Below, piece by piece: positions 47,605-57,921 of a DNA stretch of 64,000 nucleotides. Each line of letters starts with the position of its first letter. Positions within the stretch are counted from its first letter, which is position 1. The notes beneath the pieces were generated by a model that saw nothing but the letters and a program-made list of their open reading frames with translations, was not told the origin of the DNA and ran no database searches. The translations under genes were made by a program, and so were the position numbers. The stretch comes from Candidatus Saccharibacteria bacterium CPR2 (GTDB lineage Bacteria > Patescibacteriota > Saccharimonadia > Saccharimonadales > QWHN01): positions 13,582 through 77,581 of the forward strand of contig QWHN01000002.1 in NCBI GenBank assembly GCA_021404905.1. The letters run 5' to 3'.

Positions 47605-47631
47605 TTGGCACTCTTGACGATAGAGTGCTAG
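47605..47631. promoter_or_regulatory. CIRCE-type inverted repeat (HrcA operator) upstream of clpC
   Basis: TTGGCACTC-N9-GAGTGCTAG matches the consensus TTAGCACTC-N9-GAGTGCTAA at 8/9 in each arm. Confidence 0.7.
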
Positions 47632-47705
47632 TTTGCAACAATGTAAATATTACTAACGAAAGTCATTTCCTAAGGATATTTGTTAGAGAGGGTTATAATA
47701 ATTAT

Positions 47706-50180
47706 ATGTCACCATTTATTGAATATAACGACTTGTTTGAACGCCTTACGGATAACGCGAAATCATCTTTGCGGCATGCTGATGGTATTGCCCGGAGTTT
47801 GGGCAGCCAATATGTAGGTACCGAGCATATCTTGCTGGGTGTTTTAGCCCAAAGAGGATCGATTGGCGCAAAAGTGCTTAGTGATTCCGGGGTAACGCTA
47901 GAAAGAGCGAAAGTAGCTCTTAATTTGACCCCTAAACCAGTCATAGTTGATCAAGGCGCTAAAGGCCTTAGTGAAACGGCTAAATTAACTCTTAGAATGT
48001 CCCTAGACGTCGCGCAGGAATTCAACCAGGAAATTTGCGGAACTGAGCACATACTTTTTAGTATTTTGACACAGAAAAATGCTCGAGCTACGGTTTTACT
48101 TCGAGACATGAACATAAATTTGGGTAAAGTTACCACTGACCTTGAACAATACCTGAATAGACAACAATATGAATATGACGCGACCGGTACATCGCAAACC
48201 GGTAGAAGAAAGAAAAGACGCGGCAGCGCTCTTGATTATTTTGGCGTAAATTTAACTGACTTGGCTCACAGCAAAGAACTTGACCCAATAATTGGGCGTG
48301 ATAGCCAGATTAAACGTGTTATTACGATACTCAACAGGCGAACAAAAAATAATCCGGTATTAATCGGTGAGCCGGGCGTAGGAAAAACAGCCATTGTCGA
48401 GGGATTGGCGCAAAAAATTGTCCAAGGCGACGTACCGGACAGTTTGAGCGACGCGCGTATTATTATGCTCGATCTAGCAGGCATGATAGCCGGCACGAAA
48501 TATCGAGGTGAGTTTGAAGAAAGATTTAAAAGGGTTCTCACTGAAATAGTGAGCGATAAAAACACCTTAATATTTATTGACGAAATGCACTTATTGGTAG
48601 GAGCGGGGGCGGCTGAGGGCGCTGTAGATGCTGCGAGTATTCTTAAACCAGCCCTGGCGCGCGGCAAGATTCGAGTTATCGGCGCAACGACAACCGAGGA
48701 ATACAATAAACACGTAGAAAAAGATGGGGCATTTGAGCGCAGATTCCAACCCGTAATGGTGCCAGAGGCGACAACTCAGGAGTCTATCGCAATATTGAAA
48801 GGAATAAAGAAACATTACGAGGCTCACCATGGAGTAAAGATAGATGATGAAGTAATAGAAGATGCTGTTTACTATGCAAAACGTTACAGCAACGACCGCT
48901 CTATGCCCGATAAAGCAATTGATCTAATTGACGAAGCGGCAGCGAAAGTTAGAGTCGATCGAGGTAAAGTCCCCAGCGAGCAAAAGAAATTAATTACGGA
49001 ACAGAGGCTTTTAATTGACAAAATGAATGAAGCTGGCGATGCTGAAGACTATGAAAGAGCCGCATACTATAAAACCAGAATCAGCCGAATTAATATCAGG
49101 CTCAAACAGCTCAGAGCGAAAAACAATAAAGAGCAAAATTTGAAAATAACCAGAGACGATATAGCAGAAGTTATATCGACTATGACGGGTGTGCCCGTAA
49201 GCAAAGTGTTAAAGTCCGAAGCCAAGTTCTTGATTAATCTAGAAAAGCATCTGGAGAAATTCTTAATTGGTCAAGGCGATGCATTAAATGCCCTGGCAAA
49301 AGCCATAAGAAGAAACCGCTCTGGTGTGAGTGACTCTAAACGCCCCATTGGATCATTCGTATTCTTAGGTCCCACTGGTGTTGGAAAAACGGAAACAGCA
49401 AGAGTACTATCAAAAGAATTTTTCCATAACGAAGATGCGCTGATTAAAATCGATATGAGTGAATTTAGCGAAAGACATACGGTATCCAGGCTTGTTGGCG
49501 CGCCGGCTGGATATGTGGGTTATGACGAAGGCGGGCAGCTGACAGATAAAATCCGCCGCCAGCCTTATTCTCTGGTTTTGTTTGATGAAATCGAAAAAGC
49601 TCATCCTGAAGTGTTTAATATGTTGCTGCAAATACTGGAGGACGGCGTATTAACTGACGCTAAAGGCCGTCAAGTTGACTTTACCAATACGATCATAATA
49701 ATGACATCAAACGTCGGGGCTGAAAAATTACAAAAAGAAGCGACTTTAGGTTTTCAGGCATCTAAGAAAGATGAATACGAAAAGCTCAATGATATGCACG
49801 AACAAAATCAGGAAAGAATTATTGATGAACTTAAATCGCTAATGAGGCCGGAACTAATAAATAGAATTGACAAGATAATAGTCTTTAGGGCGCTGACCAA
49901 GAAAGATGCCAGCAAGATTCTTGATCTTCAGATTAATGATCTAAAGAATCGCTTAATTACAAAGGGGATAGGCTTGGATGTAGGTGCTGGTGCTAAATCA
50001 GTTTTGATTGAAGAGGGATATGATGCCCATAATGGTGTAAGGCCGCTAAGACGAGTTCTTCAGGACACGATCGAAGATTATCTGGCAAATGGCTTGCTCA
50101 CTGGAGAGTATAGCCGCGGCGACGTGGTAAAAGTTACTGCTAAAAATAAAAAGTTACAGTATTCATTGATCAGCGGCTAA
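47706..50180 (+). CDS. clpC: ATP-dependent Clp protease ATP-binding subunit ClpC
   Basis: It has Clp N repeats, two AAA modules (GEPGVGKT and GPTGVGKT) and a UVR-like linker. The ATG at 47706 lies 6 nt after a TATAAT box, and the tracked ORF start at 47625 is in the leader. Confidence 0.9.
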   Translation: MSPFIEYNDLFERLTDNAKSSLRHADGIARSLGSQYVGTEHILLGVLAQRGSIGAKVLSDSGVTLERAKVALNLTPKPVIVDQGAKGLSETAKLTLRMSLDVAQEFNQEICGTEHILFSILTQKNARATVLLRDMNINLGKVTTDLEQYLNRQQYEYDATGTSQTGRRKKRRGSALDYFGVNLTDLAHSKELDPIIGRDSQIKRVITILNRRTKNNPVLIGEPGVGKTAIVEGLAQKIVQGDVPDSLSDARIIMLDLAGMIAGTKYRGEFEERFKRVLTEIVSDKNTLIFIDEMHLLVGAGAAEGAVDAASILKPALARGKIRVIGATTTEEYNKHVEKDGAFERRFQPVMVPEATTQESIAILKGIKKHYEAHHGVKIDDEVIEDAVYYAKRYSNDRSMPDKAIDLIDEAAAKVRVDRGKVPSEQKKLITEQRLLIDKMNEAGDAEDYERAAYYKTRISRINIRLKQLRAKNNKEQNLKITRDDIAEVISTMTGVPVSKVLKSEAKFLINLEKHLEKFLIGQGDALNALAKAIRRNRSGVSDSKRPIGSFVFLGPTGVGKTETARVLSKEFFHNEDALIKIDMSEFSERHTVSRLVGAPAGYVGYDEGGQLTDKIRRQPYSLVLFDEIEKAHPEVFNMLLQILEDGVLTDAKGRQVDFTNTIIIMTSNVGAEKLQKEATLGFQASKKDEYEKLNDMHEQNQERIIDELKSLMRPELINRIDKIIVFRALTKKDASKILDLQINDLKNRLITKGIGLDVGAGAKSVLIEEGYDAHNGVRPLRRVLQDTIEDYLANGLLTGEYSRGDVVKVTAKNKKLQYSLISG

Positions 50181-50226
50181 ATTCGTTCATTAGCGCAAGA
50201 AAACCAATAATGTATACTTAAATCAC

Positions 50227-51186
50227 ATGGCAAAAAGGTTAAGTATTATACTGAGTGCGGCACTGGTAGTCTTTGGGGCGTTTTGGGGCTTTACTCATGC
50301 AGTAGAAATTAGAGACTGGTATGTTAGCGGGCAATATGAACCGCCAGGTGACATTAAAAGCATTACGGAGAAAATTAAGCTTACTCAAAAAGGCAAGGAT
50401 ACGTTCTATGCGTCTACGCCGGAGCTGAACAGTAAAGAAAGTTTTAACGATAATTGTCCGGTTACGGAAATGACGATAGTACTGGGTTGCTATAGCAACT
50501 TAAAAATTTACATCTATGATATAAGTGATGAAAGATTATCTGGGGTGGAAGAAGTTACGGCTGCGCATGAATTGCTTCATGCGGTCTATGCAAGACTTTC
50601 CAGTAAAGACAAAAATTCACTTAACAGTTTAATAGAAAATGAAATCAGCAAAATTAAAGATGAAAGAGTCCTGCAATTAATTGATGAGTATAGAAAATCA
50701 TCTCCGGATGAAATACTCAACGAAGCCCATTCTATTATTGGCACGGAGCTGGCCGAAATATCGCCCGAGCTTGAGAATCATTACGCGAAATATTTTACGA
50801 GCAGGAAAGACGTTGTGGCATTCTCGCAGCAATATGAGAGCCAATTCAGCGAGAGAGCGGACCAAATAAATAGCTACGATAAAGAACTGGAAGATTTAAA
50901 TGGTAATATTACTTCACTTGAAACGGAAATAACGTCGCTAAAACAAGAGCTGGATCAAATGGCGGGCGAACTTAATAATTTCCGTAGTGCGGGCAGCATA
51001 GAAAAGTATAATGCCGGAGTTCCTGAATATAACGCCAAAGTCAATGAATATAACGCAAAAATCGATGAATACAAAGGCCTGGTTGATTCGTATAACACAA
51101 TTGTTGCTAAGAGAAATGAAATAGCCCTAGAGCAAAAAGACCTATTAAAAAATTTAGATAGTAATTTGCAACCAATCAGTCCTTAA
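50227..51186 (+). CDS. hypothetical membrane-anchored protein with an HExxH motif and a C-terminal coiled coil
   Basis: It has an N-terminal TM helix, the motif AAHELLHAVY, and a repetitive coiled-coil tail (EYNAKVNEYNAKIDEYK). Confidence 0.5.
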   Translation: MAKRLSIILSAALVVFGAFWGFTHAVEIRDWYVSGQYEPPGDIKSITEKIKLTQKGKDTFYASTPELNSKESFNDNCPVTEMTIVLGCYSNLKIYIYDISDERLSGVEEVTAAHELLHAVYARLSSKDKNSLNSLIENEISKIKDERVLQLIDEYRKSSPDEILNEAHSIIGTELAEISPELENHYAKYFTSRKDVVAFSQQYESQFSERADQINSYDKELEDLNGNITSLETEITSLKQELDQMAGELNNFRSAGSIEKYNAGVPEYNAKVNEYNAKIDEYKGLVDSYNTIVAKRNEIALEQKDLLKNLDSNLQPISP

Positions 51187-51231
51187 TTGTTGAAATATCA
51201 CAAATCTCACGCTTGAGACAAACGAAAAAAT

Positions 51232-52614
51232 GTGAGACTTGTGTATAATATCGCTGTGAGTTCAAAAAACAGACAGAGCATATTTGTGTGTGAGGCGTGC
51301 GGTAATACATCGCCCAAATGGAGCGGGCAATGCGGTAATTGCGGCGCGTGGGGGAGTATTGTAGAGGAAATAGTCGATACGAACATTAGAGCCTCTAAAT
51401 CTGGAAGAGTTCTTGATTTGGAAAAAATATTCACTTCAGCTAAAGTTCCAAAACAAAATAGCAGACTTAAGACTAATAATAGTGAAATTGATCAAGTTTT
51501 AGGCGGCGGTTTTATTCCAGGTAGCGTGAATCTGCTCGCTGGAGAGCCGGGGATTGGTAAATCAACGCTGGTACTGCAAATAGCGTCGATGCTGTCTGAT
51601 AGCAAAAAAGTCATATACTTTAGCGGAGAGGAATCTTCATTTCAGATACAAAATCGTGCTAATAGGCTTGGAATAAGCAATAAGAATAACCTGAGTTTGG
51701 CAATCACCAACCTTGTAGACGATATAGTATTGACTATAGACAAATCCAGGCCTGAAATAGTTATTGTTGATTCTATACAAACGCTGACCACTTCAAAATT
51801 GTCGTCATCTGCCGGTACAGTTAGCCAGGTTACCGGTTGCGCGCAGTTGTTAGCCCAGACTGCTAAAGCTAAAGACATAACGTTGATCTTAATCGGCCAT
51901 GTTACCAAAGAGGGTTCCATCGCAGGCCCTAAAATTTTAGAACATATGGTAGATGTTGTTTTACAGCTTGAAGGGGATCGATATGGTGGATATAAGATGC
52001 TCAGAAGCGTGAAGAACAGATATGGTTCGACAAATGAGATCGGTCTGTTTGAGATGTCTGAACAAGGTTTGAGCCCTATTCATAATCCTTCAAAAGAGTT
52101 GCTCTCTCAGCGTCAAGCTGGTGACGGCTCGGTTGTGACTGCCGTTATTGAAGGCAGTAGAGCGATATTGGTTGAAGTTCAGGCGCTGGTTAATAAAACG
52201 GTATTCGGGTATCCAAAAAGAACTGTATCTGGATATGAATATAATCGCCTTAATTTATTAATAGCAATGCTCTCAAGGCGAACAAAACTGGATTTATCTG
52301 ATAAGGATGTGTATGTAAATTTGGTCGGGGGTATAAGAACGGATGACCCTGCAGTTGATTTGGCTATTTGCATGGCTATTGGATCCGCAGCGAAAGGATT
52401 AGGGCTAAAGAAGGACGCTGTTGTTTTTGGAGAAGTTGGACTTAGCGGTGAGATTCGCCATGTTCAAATGCTCAAAAAACGTGTTGAAGAAGCAAAAAAA
52501 CTTGGTTTTGATTTGGTAATTGGCCCTAGGTCAAAAGAGAACCTAGGGAAAATTTATTCGCAAGAAGTAAATATCAAAGATACGTTAAACAAATATCTGT
52601 CCTATGGCAACTAG
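51232..52614 (+). CDS. radA: DNA repair protein RadA/Sms
   Basis: It has the zinc ribbon CEACGNTSPKWSGQCGNCGAW, the Walker A motif GEPGIGKST, KNRYG and a Lon-like C-terminus. The true start may be the GTG at 51256. Confidence 0.92.
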   Translation: MRLVYNIAVSSKNRQSIFVCEACGNTSPKWSGQCGNCGAWGSIVEEIVDTNIRASKSGRVLDLEKIFTSAKVPKQNSRLKTNNSEIDQVLGGGFIPGSVNLLAGEPGIGKSTLVLQIASMLSDSKKVIYFSGEESSFQIQNRANRLGISNKNNLSLAITNLVDDIVLTIDKSRPEIVIVDSIQTLTTSKLSSSAGTVSQVTGCAQLLAQTAKAKDITLILIGHVTKEGSIAGPKILEHMVDVVLQLEGDRYGGYKMLRSVKNRYGSTNEIGLFEMSEQGLSPIHNPSKELLSQRQAGDGSVVTAVIEGSRAILVEVQALVNKTVFGYPKRTVSGYEYNRLNLLIAMLSRRTKLDLSDKDVYVNLVGGIRTDDPAVDLAICMAIGSAAKGLGLKKDAVVFGEVGLSGEIRHVQMLKKRVEEAKKLGFDLVIGPRSKENLGKIYSQEVNIKDTLNKYLSYGN

Positions 52615-52632
52615 GAGATAGAAATTAGCAAT

Positions 52633-52664
52633 TAGGAACTAGGAACTAGGAACTAGGAACTAGA
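52633..52664. repeat. heptanucleotide tandem repeat (TAGGAAC) x4 plus a degenerate fifth unit
   Basis: The sequence reads directly as TAGGAACTAGGAACTAGGAACTAGGAACTAGA. It lies in the convergent intergenic region after radA. Confidence 0.9.
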
Positions 52665-52731
52665 AATCAACAGTAGTAAGGGTGGCACCCTTAAAGACTC
52701 TTCAAGATGGCAACTGGAAACCAACAAAAAG

Positions 52732-52776
52732 AATTTGAAAATTGATTCACTACAAAGCGGATGAAAACTGAAAATT
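52732..52776 (-). repeat. copy 3 of the ~45-nt intergenic element
   Basis: The reverse complement, AATTTTCAGTTTTCATCCGCTTTGTAGTGAATCAATTTTCAAATT, matches 16787-16831 at 38 of 45 positions without gaps, by manual alignment. Confidence 0.65.
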
Positions 52777-52834
52777 GGTAAATGATAATTTAGCTAGATA
52801 TGGGTGCTACACCCTGTTCCATACTTGTGTCAAA

Positions 52835-55789
52835 TTAGGGATAGGTAAAACCAATTGAATTAGAAGTTTTATTATTATTTGTTTTTACGTATACGTTTGT
52901 ATAAGTTCCGGCGACTGAAGGCGTCCAGTTGGTGCTGCCGCCATTATCGTAGACTCCATCAACACCACCACGTTTAAAATAGATCGTGTAACCAGACGCG
53001 CCAGGTACTGAGCTCCATGATACTTTTACACCGTTATAACTGATAGTAAAATCACCGCTGTCTGAAATTGTCATGGTTTTTTCGTCTCTTGCATCGTAAA
53101 GCGCTTTGTCAACAACCTCGGCCGCCACGGTATGTGAACCCGAGTCGGCAGTCACAGTATATTCATAAGTACCGCCGCCGCTGATTGCTTGTGAAGATGC
53201 TGCATTACCATCAACTATAAAGTTAATAGTCTCAAGTTGATGTGTGCCTTGGGTTACCGTGGCCTTAATGGTTTTTCCTTGCAGACTAATTGACACACTA
53301 GGCCTGACATCTGAACATTTGTGCACGTCATCTTTTTGAGTCGGTATTACACCGGCTGTTGCGCCGTAGCTTCTACTCCAAGCATAAAACCACGGATCAT
53401 CTGGAGGTAGTTCTGGAGCTGGGCCGCCGCCGCTGATTTCTTTTTTGGCTCTTTCCGGCGTACATTCGGTTGCCAGCTTTCCTGAAACAGAGTCGATTAT
53501 TGCTTTCTCGTTACTTGCGGGCCAACCCTTAAACCATGCTGGAGCAATATCCGCGTAAGTACCTCCGCTGCCAGCACCAGCGACCCTACCAGTGGCGCTA
53601 TCAAACTTAACATCCTTTATGCCTTCGACTCTCTCAAAAGGCAAATCAGGTTTACCCTTATGGGCTTCGCGCATAAACTCAGTCCAAATTGGCCCCGTTT
53701 GGTTACTGGTAATAGAGTGCATGGGCGTATTGTCGTGATTCCCCACCCAAACGCCAGCTGCTATGTATCTGGAATAACCCATCATCCAGCCATCGCGGCT
53801 AAGATCGGTTGTACCGGTTTTGGCCGCGTGAGTTAACCCTGGCACAACGACATTTCGGTTGTTTCTACCGAACGTGCCGGCACGTGCCGCGTCATCAGTT
53901 AGCATACTAGTGATCGAATAGGCTATTTGTGGGTCAAGCACTTGTTCTCCTTCGCTGTCCTGCCATTCTTTGATAACTTCACCATTTGCGTTTTCAACTT
54001 TGAGGGCATAGGTTTGAGTTTTGTTTTTACCCATTCTGGCAAATGTAGAATAAGCATGCACATGCTCTGCCAGTTTTACCTCGCCAGCACCGAGGACAAG
54101 GCTGAGACCGTAATCGCATGAGTTACATAAGGATGTATTGCCCATTTTTCTGGCCAACTCGATGACATTATCCACCCCCGCCATGTATAGCGCTTTTACA
54201 GCCGGGATGTTGCGTGATTCGCCCAGGGCTTCTCTGACTTTCATTTGACCTCGGAATTTATTGTCAAAGTTGTTCGGACGATAGCCACCGAAGTCAGTGG
54301 AAACATCATATATACGGCTTCCCGGGCTCCACTTATCATTTTTGAATAGTTCCGCGTAACCATAAGGCTTAAAACTGGATCCGGGCTGACGGCCTGACAA
54401 AGCTGCGTTGTAAGATCCATATTCAGGATAAGTAAAATCTCGACTTCCAACCATCGCCAATACTTGGCCTGTCTGGACGTCTGACGCGCTTAACGCCGCG
54501 TTATCGCCCTTATATTTTTCGACCGTATCCATATGATTCTTAACAGCCGCTTCAGCCTTTTGTTGCAAGTCCCAATCAAGAGTGGTTATGACTTTAAGCC
54601 CGCCGCTGGTAACCAACGATGCGCCAAATTCTTCCTCCAGTTTTTGCTGAACCGCCAAAACAAAGTGAGGAGCCTTGATGTTCGTATAGAGGCTTTGTTG
54701 TTCAAGCGGCACAACTTTCGCCAGCACATCGACGTTCTTTGCGGCTTCGGCTTCATCCTTGCTGACGTAACCTTGTTCAACCATTAAATCAAGGACATAA
54801 TTTTTTCGCCCGATGAGTTCGCCGGTATTTTCACCGTAAGGAGAGTAAAAAGTAGGGGCTTGTGGCATCGAAGCCAGCATTGCGGATTCATCAAGCGTTA
54901 GATCTTTGGCTGACTTTTTAAAATAACTCTGGGCTGCCGCCTCAACTCCGTAAGCTGTCGAACCATAAGATATTTCATTTAAATAAAAAGTTAATATCTC
55001 GTCTTTTGAGTAAAGACGCTCCAATTCGATTGAAAGAATTAATTCCTTTATTTTTCTCGTGTATGTCCTTTCCGAAGTAAGAAGAGAGTTTTTGATGAAC
55101 TGTTGCGTAATGGTTGACCCGCCCTCTTTAACGGCGCCTTTTTTAAAAAAGTTATTGTAAGCTGCTCGGGTGATGCCGGCTAAGCTAAATCCTCCGTGAT
55201 TATAAAAATCCTTATCTTCAACGGCGATGGTCGCGTTTTTAATATGGCTGGATATTTGATCGCCCTTTAGAACCGTTCTGTTTTGGTCTCCGTATACTTC
55301 GTAAAGCAAAATTTGTCCGGTGCGATCATAAAATTTAGTTGTTTGATTCAGTAGTCTATTATTGATTTCACCCGGGCTGGGCAAATCTTTCCTAAAATAG
55401 GCAAATACTCCGATAATTAGTACTGCCAGAACAGCAAAGCCGATGCCGGCTAATTTCAAAGCCATTATTCCGCCTTCTTTGGAAAACCAGTATTTGAAGA
55501 ATCTTTTTGGGTGCATGCGATAGATGAAACGCTTAAACCTGGACTTTGGTAGAGTTGCTAAGTATTCAGCCTTTTTACGCCTGTTAAGATCAGTTTTTTT
55601 ACGTTTGTTTGCCATATTTGAATACACCTTAAGTTTACTCGATAAATCACTGGCTTTTTTGCGTTTTGAGTTTCCTGAGAGATATTTAAATTTAAGTTTC
55701 GATTCGTTAAATACTTTTTTTGCCTGAAGCTGATATTTGCTGTATGTCGTCGATAGTTTCTTTTTTAAATTGTTGAATATATCGTTCAT
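52835..55789 (-). CDS. class A penicillin-binding protein (transglycosylase/transpeptidase) with N- and C-terminal extensions
   Basis: The GT51 motifs are EDKDFYNHGG and RKIKE. The transpeptidase motifs are SSFKP, SRN and KTGT. A ~105-aa basic cytoplasmic tail precedes the core, and a ~200-aa beta-rich C-terminal region follows it. Confidence 0.9.
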   Translation of the reverse strand: MNDIFNNLKKKLSTTYSKYQLQAKKVFNESKLKFKYLSGNSKRKKASDLSSKLKVYSNMANKRKKTDLNRRKKAEYLATLPKSRFKRFIYRMHPKRFFKYWFSKEGGIMALKLAGIGFAVLAVLIIGVFAYFRKDLPSPGEINNRLLNQTTKFYDRTGQILLYEVYGDQNRTVLKGDQISSHIKNATIAVEDKDFYNHGGFSLAGITRAAYNNFFKKGAVKEGGSTITQQFIKNSLLTSERTYTRKIKELILSIELERLYSKDEILTFYLNEISYGSTAYGVEAAAQSYFKKSAKDLTLDESAMLASMPQAPTFYSPYGENTGELIGRKNYVLDLMVEQGYVSKDEAEAAKNVDVLAKVVPLEQQSLYTNIKAPHFVLAVQQKLEEEFGASLVTSGGLKVITTLDWDLQQKAEAAVKNHMDTVEKYKGDNAALSASDVQTGQVLAMVGSRDFTYPEYGSYNAALSGRQPGSSFKPYGYAELFKNDKWSPGSRIYDVSTDFGGYRPNNFDNKFRGQMKVREALGESRNIPAVKALYMAGVDNVIELARKMGNTSLCNSCDYGLSLVLGAGEVKLAEHVHAYSTFARMGKNKTQTYALKVENANGEVIKEWQDSEGEQVLDPQIAYSITSMLTDDAARAGTFGRNNRNVVVPGLTHAAKTGTTDLSRDGWMMGYSRYIAAGVWVGNHDNTPMHSITSNQTGPIWTEFMREAHKGKPDLPFERVEGIKDVKFDSATGRVAGAGSGGTYADIAPAWFKGWPASNEKAIIDSVSGKLATECTPERAKKEISGGGPAPELPPDDPWFYAWSRSYGATAGVIPTQKDDVHKCSDVRPSVSISLQGKTIKATVTQGTHQLETINFIVDGNAASSQAISGGGTYEYTVTADSGSHTVAAEVVDKALYDARDEKTMTISDSGDFTISYNGVKVSWSSVPGASGYTIYFKRGGVDGVYDNGGSTNWTPSVAGTYTNVYVKTNNNKTSNSIGFTYP

Positions 55790-55886
55790 TAACTTTAGTT
55801 TACTCCCGAAAAAATTAACACATGCATTATATCATTGATTTTAGGCGCATAGTACCAGAATGATTTAAATTGTTATCATTGTACTC

Positions 55887-57917
55887 ATGGATGTAAATTC
55901 GAAAATTATTGAAGTTCCCGGAATTGGTGAAAAAATTGCCAAAAGTTTGAGTAGGGTAGGAGTAAATAATGTAGAAGATCTGATAATGTACTTCCCTCGT
56001 AAATATACGGATTATTCAAATGTACAAAAAATACGCAATATAGAACCAGGAGAGGTGACGATTAGGGCAAAATTTGAGAATGTTAGGGGACGCTACGCCA
56101 GGAGGGGCATACATATAACAGAAGCCGTAGCCGATGACGATACGGGCAAAGTAAGAGTTGTATGGTTCAACCAACCCTACAGAAAAGACTCTATTAAAAT
56201 GGGCAGCACATACTATATATCCGGCATATTGGAGCATAGCGGCATGTATTATCAGATTAACAATCCTTCAATAGAACTAGTCAGCGCTTTCCCTAAAAAT
56301 ACAGCCAGAATCGTTCCCATATATAAAGAATCTAAAGATATCAAATCTCATCAGATTCGCTCATTTATTAAAGAACTGCTTCCTGTAATAGATAGCATTT
56401 CTGAGACTTTGCCTGGTAGCGTAGTCGAATCAGAAAGCTTGATTCCAGCCAAAAATGCGATTCGAGAGCTACATTTCCCCTCTTCCCGTGAGATGTGGTT
56501 AAAAGCGAAACAGCGCATGGCTTTTGAAGAGGTTTTTACACTAGCTTTAGCTTCGCTTACGAATAAAAAAGAAATAAAAGCTCTAAAGGGCTCTATTATT
56601 AAATTTGACGAACAAATCGCTAAAAATTTTGTGAAAAACCTTGATTTTAAGATGACCGAAGCACAAAAAATTGCTTGCTGGGAGATTATTCAAGATATGC
56701 AAAAACATTCGCCGATGAATAGATTACTTGAAGGCGATGTGGGCAGCGGTAAGACGGTGGTTGCAGCTCTTGCTGCTTCTGTTGCGATAGCAAATAAATT
56801 TCAAGTTGCTTATATGGCACCAACTGAAATCTTGGCAAAGCAACACTGCCAGACCTTTTTGCAACTATTACAACCTTTTAAAGTAAAGGTTGCTCTTCTG
56901 ACAGGCTCGCAAAGTAAAAACGAAAGAACAAGGATAGTAGGCAAAATAAAATCCGGCCAATATGATTTGATTGTAGGGACACATGCTCTAATTCAATCTG
57001 AAATTAATTTTAAGAATCTGAACTTAGTCATTATTGATGAACAACATCGTTTTGGAGTCAACCAAAGAACTGAGCTGCAAAAAAAAGCAGGTAGGTTGCC
57101 CCACATGTTGGCTATGACTGCCACGCCTATTCCCAGAAGCCTGGCACTGACTTTATATGGCGATCTGGATATAAGCATAATTAATCAGTTGCCACCGGGA
57201 AGAAAACCTCCAATTACCAAAATAATTTCGCCACTTAATAAAGAGAAAATGTATGCGGATATTGACAAGAGAATTGACGAAGGCCATCAGGTTTACATTG
57301 TCTGTCCGTTAATATCAGACTCTGATAAGTTAGGAGTAAAAAGCGTTGAGGCGGAATATGAGAAGCTCAGTAAGACCGTATTTAGCCACAGAAAGATTGG
57401 CATGATACATGGAAAATTAAAAACTGAAGAAAAAGATAAAATACTCGAAAAATTAAGGAAAAAACAAATCGATATTCTTATATCCACAACTGTCATAGAG
57501 GTCGGCGTAAATATTCCCAGCGTCAACTTAATTATAATAGAAGGCGCGGAGCGCTTTGGGCTGGCGCAATTGCACCAGCTTAGAGGACGCGTTGGCAGGT
57601 CAACGGACCAGTCATATTGTTATTTAGTTCCATCAAATGCAAAAAATCCGCCGCGACGCTTAAAAGAAATGGTTAATAATGATGATGGATTTAAACTGGC
57701 CGAGATTGATCTTGACATAAGAGGCCCCGGGGAAATCTACGGAACTCGTCAACATGGCATATTAGACCTTAAAGTGGCAAAAATAACTGATATAAATCTC
57801 ATCAAAAAAGCAAAGAAGTCTGCTCTGGGCATTATCGATAAAGACATAAACTTGTTACAATATCCACGTCTAGCTAAGAAGTTGGAGGCGCTGCGCGCCG
57901 TCGTAAATCTCAATTAA
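55887..57917 (+). CDS. recG: ATP-dependent DNA helicase RecG
   Basis: It has a wedge/OB N-domain and the helicase motifs GDVGSGKT, DEQHRFG and QLRGRVGR. Confidence 0.93.
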   Translation: MDVNSKIIEVPGIGEKIAKSLSRVGVNNVEDLIMYFPRKYTDYSNVQKIRNIEPGEVTIRAKFENVRGRYARRGIHITEAVADDDTGKVRVVWFNQPYRKDSIKMGSTYYISGILEHSGMYYQINNPSIELVSAFPKNTARIVPIYKESKDIKSHQIRSFIKELLPVIDSISETLPGSVVESESLIPAKNAIRELHFPSSREMWLKAKQRMAFEEVFTLALASLTNKKEIKALKGSIIKFDEQIAKNFVKNLDFKMTEAQKIACWEIIQDMQKHSPMNRLLEGDVGSGKTVVAALAASVAIANKFQVAYMAPTEILAKQHCQTFLQLLQPFKVKVALLTGSQSKNERTRIVGKIKSGQYDLIVGTHALIQSEINFKNLNLVIIDEQHRFGVNQRTELQKKAGRLPHMLAMTATPIPRSLALTLYGDLDISIINQLPPGRKPPITKIISPLNKEKMYADIDKRIDEGHQVYIVCPLISDSDKLGVKSVEAEYEKLSKTVFSHRKIGMIHGKLKTEEKDKILEKLRKKQIDILISTTVIEVGVNIPSVNLIIIEGAERFGLAQLHQLRGRVGRSTDQSYCYLVPSNAKNPPRRLKEMVNNDDGFKLAEIDLDIRGPGEIYGTRQHGILDLKVAKITDINLIKKAKKSALGIIDKDINLLQYPRLAKKLEALRAVVNLN

Positions 57918-57921
57918 TTAA

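Noticed and set aside
52615-52834. I considered whether the repeat-rich radA-PBP spacer is a CRISPR array or a mobile element.
   Set aside because: The repeats are 7-nt tandem units without spacers. No cas, transposase or integrase genes and no terminal inverted repeats are present.
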